DNA of 64,000 bases, from positions 1 through 64,000 of the IMG/VR virus record IMGVR_UViG_3300012944_000001; one strand, written 5' to 3'. Origin of the DNA: a virus. Shown one piece after another: positions 59,376 through 64,000 of this stretch. The notes below the pieces were generated by a model, which searched no databases, was not told the origin of the DNA, and worked only from the letters and a program-made list of their open reading frames with translations. Numbering within the stretch: the stretch's first letter is position 1; each line of letters begins with the position of its first letter. A program made the translations under genes and the position numbers.

Positions 59376-59433
59376 TGGACAAGTCACCAGCCTTCTAAGC
59401 TGTTAAATGGGGGTTCGAATCCCTCCGGGAGTA
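59361..59433 (+). tRNA. tRNA-Arg(TCT)
   Basis: CT-TCT-AA loop; overlaps HNH stop. Confidence 0.88.
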
Positions 59434-59466
59434 CGTAAGTATAGTTAAACACAATGGGAGGCAATT

Positions 59467-59664
59467 GTGGGATATAAGTTTAGAAAAGGCCAAGAAGTAG
59501 ATACGGTCGATGGTAAGGACGGCAGAATTACTTCTCGATCGGATGATTTCGGTAGGCAACCACGATATGTAGTAAATGGCAAGCTATATTTTGAGGAAGA
59601 ACTTCAGGCACAAACTTCGGACGAAAAGCCAGCAAAGAAGAGTCGCTGGGGTAGAAATAAGTAA
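59467..59664 (+). CDS. small SH3/KOW-like protein
   Basis: GGAGG RBS; KFRKGQEV. Confidence 0.6.
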   Translation: MGYKFRKGQEVDTVDGKDGRITSRSDDFGRQPRYVVNGKLYFEEELQAQTSDEKPAKKSRWGRNK

Positions 59665-59686
59665 GTTAAAAGCCCTTAGGGGCCAT

Positions 59687-59757
59687 GCCCGCTTAGGTTA
59701 ATGGAAGACCAGTAGTTTTACACACTACATGCGGGGGTTCGATTCCCTCAGCGGGTA
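59687..59757 (+). tRNA. tRNA-Val(TAC)
   Basis: GTAGT-TT-TAC-AC-ACTAC. Confidence 0.9.
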
Positions 59758-59780
59758 CTCGTAACAAGCAGGAGGCAATT

Positions 59781-59984
59781 ATGGCAAAAGTAGGCGACAT
59801 CGTAAAGATGCAAAAAGGAACATACAAGGATCGTCTGGGAGTAGTTATTGCTATCCGTAATAATATTCTGTGTGATGTAAAGCTAGCTCGTCCAGGTGAG
59901 CGGCGTTCCAGAATTAGTCTGGATATGCCTGGAATAGTAGTTACCAATTGTCTTGAAATTGAAGATTTCATCATATCTAAATAG
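59781..59984 (+). CDS. KOW-motif protein
   Basis: KVGDIVKMQKGTYKDRLGVV. Confidence 0.65.
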   Translation: MAKVGDIVKMQKGTYKDRLGVVIAIRNNILCDVKLARPGERRSRISLDMPGIVVTNCLEIEDFIISK

Positions 59985-59990
59985 TTTTAT

Positions 59991-60069
59991 GGGTCTGTAA
60001 GGTTTCGTCTGAACTTAAAGCCGCACGTCGGAAACTTTCAGCACCCCGGTTCGATTCCGGGCAGATCCA
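59991..60069 (+). ncRNA. mini-tmRNA-like RNA (tRNA-like domain only)
   Basis: GGGTCTG/CAGATCC-A acceptor with G3:U70; stemless D-loop TAAGGTTTCG; T arm CCCGG-TTCGATT-CCGGG. Confidence 0.7.
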
Positions 60070-60073
60070 CTTT

Positions 60074-60150
60074 GCGCATTGATCTAATCCGCATGGTGTG
60101 GAGTTGGTCTGCAAAACCAATGATTTCCGGTTCGATTCCGGTAATGCGCT
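60074..60150 (+). tRNA. tRNA-Cys(GCA), atypical D arm
   Basis: TTGGT-CT-GCA-AA-ACCAA; U73. Confidence 0.8.
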
Positions 60151-60162
60151 CTTGGAGGATAG

Positions 60163-60316
60163 CATGAAACAAGGAACAATAACTAAGATATATGGAAAAT
60201 ACAAAGCGGAATATGTAAAACCTGATCGTAAGTATGGAAGACATTGGGTAACGATTTTAGAAGGCCCTGATATAGGAAGAACTATAACTGTTCCCGCAGA
60301 TCGTCTTGATAAGTAA
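60163..60316 (+). CDS. small hypothetical protein
   Basis: GGAGG RBS before MKQGT. Confidence 0.55.
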
Positions 60317-60320
60317 ATAT

Positions 60321-60406
60321 GGAGAAGTGGCTGAGTTGGTCTAAGGCATCTGATTGCTAATCAGAAGGGTGTAAAAGCTCCGCAGGTTCGAATCCTGTCT
60401 TCTCCG
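60321..60406 (+). tRNA. tRNA-Ser(GCT)
   Basis: TCTGA-TT-GCT-AA-TCAGA; long variable arm. Confidence 0.92.
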
Positions 60407-60535
60407 CTCTGGTATCAGTCCTATATCAGGAACCTGAAAGACGACGTGTAGTCCGGATTAGTAAGGTAGCTAAATATACATAAAAGAAGTGCTCGACTAC
60501 ACATACGCTTTTATGTATAATTTAGTATGGACATT

Positions 60536-60623
60536 GGAAGTTCCAACCGATAGATGGCGCCGGTCGCAGTCTTGAAAACTGTTGGGTGTAATAGCCGTAG
60601 GGGTTCGACCCCCCTAGCTTCCG
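60536..60623 (+). tRNA. tRNA-Ser(TGA), atypical D arm
   Basis: GCAGT-CT-TGA-AA-ACTGT; long variable arm; G73. Confidence 0.82.
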
Positions 60624-60675
60624 CTGGCTGATAGTATTGACTATTGAATCACTATGTTATAGTGTGGCCTAACTT

Positions 60676-60751
60676 GCTCCAGTGGCCAAGTCTGGTGAAG
60701 GCGCCCGTCTTATAAGCGGGAGATGCGTCGGTTCAAATCCGACCTGGAGTA
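60676..60751 (+). tRNA. tRNA-Ile(TAT)
   Basis: CCCGT-CT-TAT-AA-GCGGG. Confidence 0.85.
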
Positions 60752-60808
60752 CAAAGACTGCTATCCGTTAGATTCGGATATAATCCTAGTTGGACACTAG
60801 CAGTCCTT

Positions 60809-60882
60809 TCAGGTATAGTGAAATCTGGTCATCACAACACTCTGATAAAGTGTAATTCTGGGTTCAAATCCCGGTACCTGGA
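60809..60882 (+). tRNA. tRNA-Ile(GAT)
   Basis: ACACT-CT-GAT-AA-AGTGT. Confidence 0.88.
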
Positions 60883-60978
60883 CGTTAAGGAGATAACTAT
60901 GATTAAATGTTCAAGATGCAAAGCAAAGAATATAAAAGGTAGTCGTTGGTGTCATAGATGTGGCAAGGAGTTAAGTTA

Positions 60979-61293
60979 ATGTATTCGGTAACTGATGCTA
61001 CATTTCATGAAGTATTACACAACAATAAGTCTGTCATTGTAGATTTTTGGGCACCCTGGTGCGGTCCTTGTCGTCAAGTAGCACCTGTGCTAGACTCTTT
61101 ATCACAAGAGCATACAGATATTACTTTTGTCAAAATGGACATTGATACAAATCATATGACATCTAATAAGTATGAAATATTATCTGTTCCAACAATTGCA
61201 CTATTTATTAATGGTGATTTAGTAAAAACAGTAGTTGGAGCAAGACCGAAAGTAGCTCTTGAAAGAGAATTACTTTCTGCCCTATATCAATAG
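60979..61293 (+). CDS. trxA: thioredoxin
   Basis: VDFWAPWCGPC; AAGGAG RBS before ATG 60979. Confidence 0.95.
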   Translation: MYSVTDATFHEVLHNNKSVIVDFWAPWCGPCRQVAPVLDSLSQEHTDITFVKMDIDTNHMTSNKYEILSVPTIALFINGDLVKTVVGARPKVALERELLSALYQ

Positions 61294-61299
61294 GGTTAT

Positions 61300-61372
61300 G
61301 GTGTTTGAGGCCAAACGGATAGGCGCCTGGTTGTGGTCCAGGTTAAAGCGGGTTCGACTCCCGTCATTCACC
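61300..61372 (+). tRNA. tRNA-His(GTG)
   Basis: G-1:C73; CCTGG-TT-GTG-GT-CCAGG; two T-T mismatches in acceptor. Confidence 0.8.
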
Positions 61373-61478
61373 CTTAAGGTCCAGAGTAACCATAAAAATC
61401 CTCCTCTCTGGTATGCAATGGATGCCTCTCACACCTCTATATAACGAGGAAGGTGGAGGATAAGGCTCCTGCGCCAAT

Positions 61479-61559
61479 GGGTGAGTTGAGCAATTGGTTG
61501 GCTCAGCGGACTGTAAATCCGTCTCTTCGGACATGGGGGTTCGAATCCCTCCTTACCCA
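61479..61559 (+). tRNA. tRNA-Tyr(GTA)
   Basis: GCGGA-CT-GTA-AA-TCCGT; variable arm. Confidence 0.92.
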
Positions 61560-61801
61560 CCTTAAGGAAATAAATGGCTAGTATAGTTGATGAATTAATT
61601 AATGGTATTGCTCATTTTGAATGTTTGGGCTGTAAGACTACTGCTACTAAAAATGTAGGACAAAGTAGAACAGCTTATGATAAAGCCTATAATAAATTCT
61701 TAAGTAAGCATTTGTCTTGTAAGTAGTACCAAATCCTCTATGTGTCACATAGAGGATTTTTTATTGACGTAGATCGTACCACACACTGAGGAGGAAATAT
61801 C

Positions 61802-62038
61802 GTGCGTCCATGGACTAAAGATGAAAGAGAAGCATATAAAGATTCGACCATGCATTATCACAAGTACGATCTCTATGGATATGTAGATGATCTTATTGAG
61901 ACTTGGCACACTTCTATGGGCCTAAATGTTTCTCTTTATAGTTTCCTAGGACTTTACGAAGGAGAAGTGTCAGACTGGGCCGGTAAGAATATCATTCCGG
62001 ATCGTATTGTAGTTATGTGGGAGGAAGGAGAATACTAA
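61802..62038 (+). CDS. hypothetical protein
   Basis: GAGGAGG RBS. Confidence 0.6.
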   Translation: MRPWTKDEREAYKDSTMHYHKYDLYGYVDDLIETWHTSMGLNVSLYSFLGLYEGEVSDWAGKNIIPDRIVVMWEEGEY

Positions 62039-63114
62039 TGCTTATACATGATTTACTTAACATCCGGGATTTAGATACTATGCTTACGGAAGGTTATGTA
62101 AGATTTGGTATTCATCCCATTTTTCCAAATGTTCGTATATTTAACTACACTGAAAAGGCTCAATTCGCCAACGAGTGGAATGACATAACTCGACAATGCC
62201 GTGGTCTTATAGTTGATTGGGATACCAAAGAAGTACTTGCGCGCCCTTTTGACAAGTTCATGAATTATGGTCAAGATCAGGCAGACGTAATTCTTGCTGG
62301 CTATTCAGTTAAGGTATATGACAAGTTAGACGGATCTCTGGGAATTCTATTTCGTCGTCCTGATGGTTTTTGGGAAATAGCTACAAGAGGTTCCTTTCAA
62401 TCAGACCAGGCGTCGCATGCCACAATACTTCTTCGTCAAAAGTACAGTTCGTTTTTACTGGGATTAAATAGTGATCTTACATATATGTTTGAAATCATCT
62501 ATCCACAAAACCGTATCGTATTGGATTACGGAGACAAAGATTCCCTGGTATTACTTGGTGCCAGAAGTATTGACGAAGGCTCTACGTACGGGCCTGAGAG
62601 CCTCCCAGATTGGCACTGGGACCGAACTACTACCTTCCCTTACAAGACTCTCAGTGAGGCGCTGAAGGCCCCTCCTAGACCTAATGCAGAGGGTTACGTG
62701 GTCTACTTCCCGGAGTTGGACCACAGAGTCAAGATCAAGCAGGATGATTACATAGCGATGCACAAGATCGTTACGGGCTTGACAGAGCGTCGTATCTGGG
62801 AGAACATGAAGGAAGGTAAAACTCTAGAAGATCTTGTAAATATTATTCCAGACGAATGGCATGATTGGCTCCAAGAAACGTATACTAAGATCAAGAAAAA
62901 TTATTGGGCTGAATGGAGTACTATTCTTGAGGAGTTTAATACACATACCATGTGGTTGGACGTGGCTAATTATCAAAAATGGTCCCGAAAAGATTTTGCT
63001 TTGCGAGTTAAAGACTCAAGATATAAAGGCTTTATGTTTTTAATGTTGGATAATAACAACGTAACTGACAAGGTATGGCAATTGGTTCGACCACCCGCTG
63101 AGTCATTACTGTAA
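62038..63114 (+). CDS. T4 Rnl1-like RNA ligase
   Basis: CRGLI, RPFDKFMN, motif I KLDGSLG, ATRGSF, FEII, EGYV, VKIK. Confidence 0.92.
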   Translation: MLIHDLLNIRDLDTMLTEGYVRFGIHPIFPNVRIFNYTEKAQFANEWNDITRQCRGLIVDWDTKEVLARPFDKFMNYGQDQADVILAGYSVKVYDKLDGSLGILFRRPDGFWEIATRGSFQSDQASHATILLRQKYSSFLLGLNSDLTYMFEIIYPQNRIVLDYGDKDSLVLLGARSIDEGSTYGPESLPDWHWDRTTTFPYKTLSEALKAPPRPNAEGYVVYFPELDHRVKIKQDDYIAMHKIVTGLTERRIWENMKEGKTLEDLVNIIPDEWHDWLQETYTKIKKNYWAEWSTILEEFNTHTMWLDVANYQKWSRKDFALRVKDSRYKGFMFLMLDNNNVTDKVWQLVRPPAESLL

Positions 63115-63267
63115 GTGTTTATACGCCTGAGCAGTCTAGTGCTATCCTTATAGAGAAATGGCACTAGACTGCTACTAATAGATCATTTGGGGTACTTATT
63201 TGAAGAAGTAATTGACAGCTCGCGGTCTAGTATTATTATTCCTTTTTGAATATCTAGCCCGAGCGAG

Positions 63268-63708
63268 TTGCTAATGCCAACACAACCGAATGCCCCAAAT
63301 TGGTCAGAAGCAGTCCAAAGAGAGCTAGACAGTTTACAGAGAAACGTGGATACACGGTTCGTAGATTTTTCTAGCCGCCTGGACAGACTGCTTACACTAA
63401 CTGAGTATTATGCGGACAAGCGTTCTTCAGATATAAGATTCGAAAATGTCAATGAAAAAATTGAAGATACTGAGAGTGATATAGCAGCTTTAAGATTGGA
63501 TTTGAGAAATTCTTTTGAGTCTTTAAGAAGAGACTTGATGAAAGAGCGTAATCGATATGAGGCATCTTTAAATAAAGAGACTACAGAAAGAAAGAAAGAA
63601 CATAGTGATTATCTAAAATCTAGACAGTCTCAATTTAGATGGCTTATATCTATGGTCATGATTCCAATAACCATTGCAATTGTTGATCTCATAGTAAGTA
63701 AGAAGTAG
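63268..63708 (+). CDS. coiled-coil protein with C-terminal membrane anchor
   Basis: Heptad-rich, ends in TM helix. Confidence 0.65.
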   Translation: MLMPTQPNAPNWSEAVQRELDSLQRNVDTRFVDFSSRLDRLLTLTEYYADKRSSDIRFENVNEKIEDTESDIAALRLDLRNSFESLRRDLMKERNRYEASLNKETTERKKEHSDYLKSRQSQFRWLISMVMIPITIAIVDLIVSKK

Positions 63709-63771
63709 ACACGAATCTCTGTATAGTGTAGGATGTACTGCACTATACAGATTTTTTATAAGGAGGCAAAT

Positions 63772-64000
63772 ATGTGGGGAAACTTAGAATATATTTCAAA
63801 CATCGATCAGCTATATATGTTGGCTTCTGAAAATGATAATGTCGCCGAGGTGCTGGCAGATAAATCTAAGGGCCGCGCATCAGTATGTAAAATTCTTGCG
63901 GGCAGCGGATATGCTGTATCTGAGAAATTAATTCGTACATTTCGCAATAAACAAGAAGCAATTACAGATAAAAATATTAGAGAGGCGATGGACTATATCC
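63772..64000 (+). CDS. hypothetical protein (3'-truncated by window edge)
   Basis: AAGGAGG RBS, ATG 63772, open to end. Confidence 0.55.
   Translation, partial: MWGNLEYISNIDQLYMLASENDNVAEVLADKSKGRASVCKILAGSGYAVSEKLIRTFRNKQEAITDKNIREAMDYI

Noticed and set aside
60536-60623. Selenocysteine or opal suppressor tRNA
   Set aside because: The anticodon is TGA (reads UCA, Ser), not TCA, and the acceptor/T stems are 7/5
61374-61465. Pistol ribozyme
   Set aside because: Topology and a GT before the last strand are suggestive, but the conserved AG before and GCG after the pseudoknot strand are missing and P1 is only 3 bp
1-64000. Integrase, transposase, capsid, terminase or rRNA genes
   Set aside because: No recognisable motifs; the structural module presumably lies outside this window

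Overview
This is a 64 kb segment of a large lytic tailed phage of an actinobacterial host, most likely Streptomyces (WhiB, TerD, HrdB-type TTGACA-N17-TAGTGT promoters, tRNA-Leu(UAA)); the host call is inference. (i) 1-27.8 kb, + strand: replication, recombination and nucleotide metabolism (gp32-like SSB, family A DNA polymerase, class II RNR, RecA, RNA ligase, WhiB, Cas4-like nuclease, ThyX, RuvC-like, SpoVS), three cell-wall hydrolases, and a nucleotidyltransferase/HAD/TGT-like cluster. (ii) 28-43.5 kb: a more GC-rich, early-type region of small genes with strong sigma70-type promoters and a family of about 12 related intergenic hairpins, followed by about 1.1 kb of non-coding DNA. (iii) 44.6-49.6 kb: nucleases and RNA-repair genes. 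(iv) 49.7-64 kb: an RNA island with 29 tRNA genes covering all 20 amino acids, many structured spacers, thioredoxin and an Rnl1 ligase. The main find is a tandem array of five Y-RNA-like genes (54498-55169) directly upstream of a Ro60/TROVE gene. The units share one scaffold (stem-RATGCG...WTACTTC-[variable cargo]-...TTTCTA-stem, with compensatory stem changes) but carry different tRNA-mimicking cargos. A second notable element is a 79-nt mini-tmRNA (59991-60069) with only the tRNA-like domain. All calls come from reading motifs by eye; no searches or folding programs were run.
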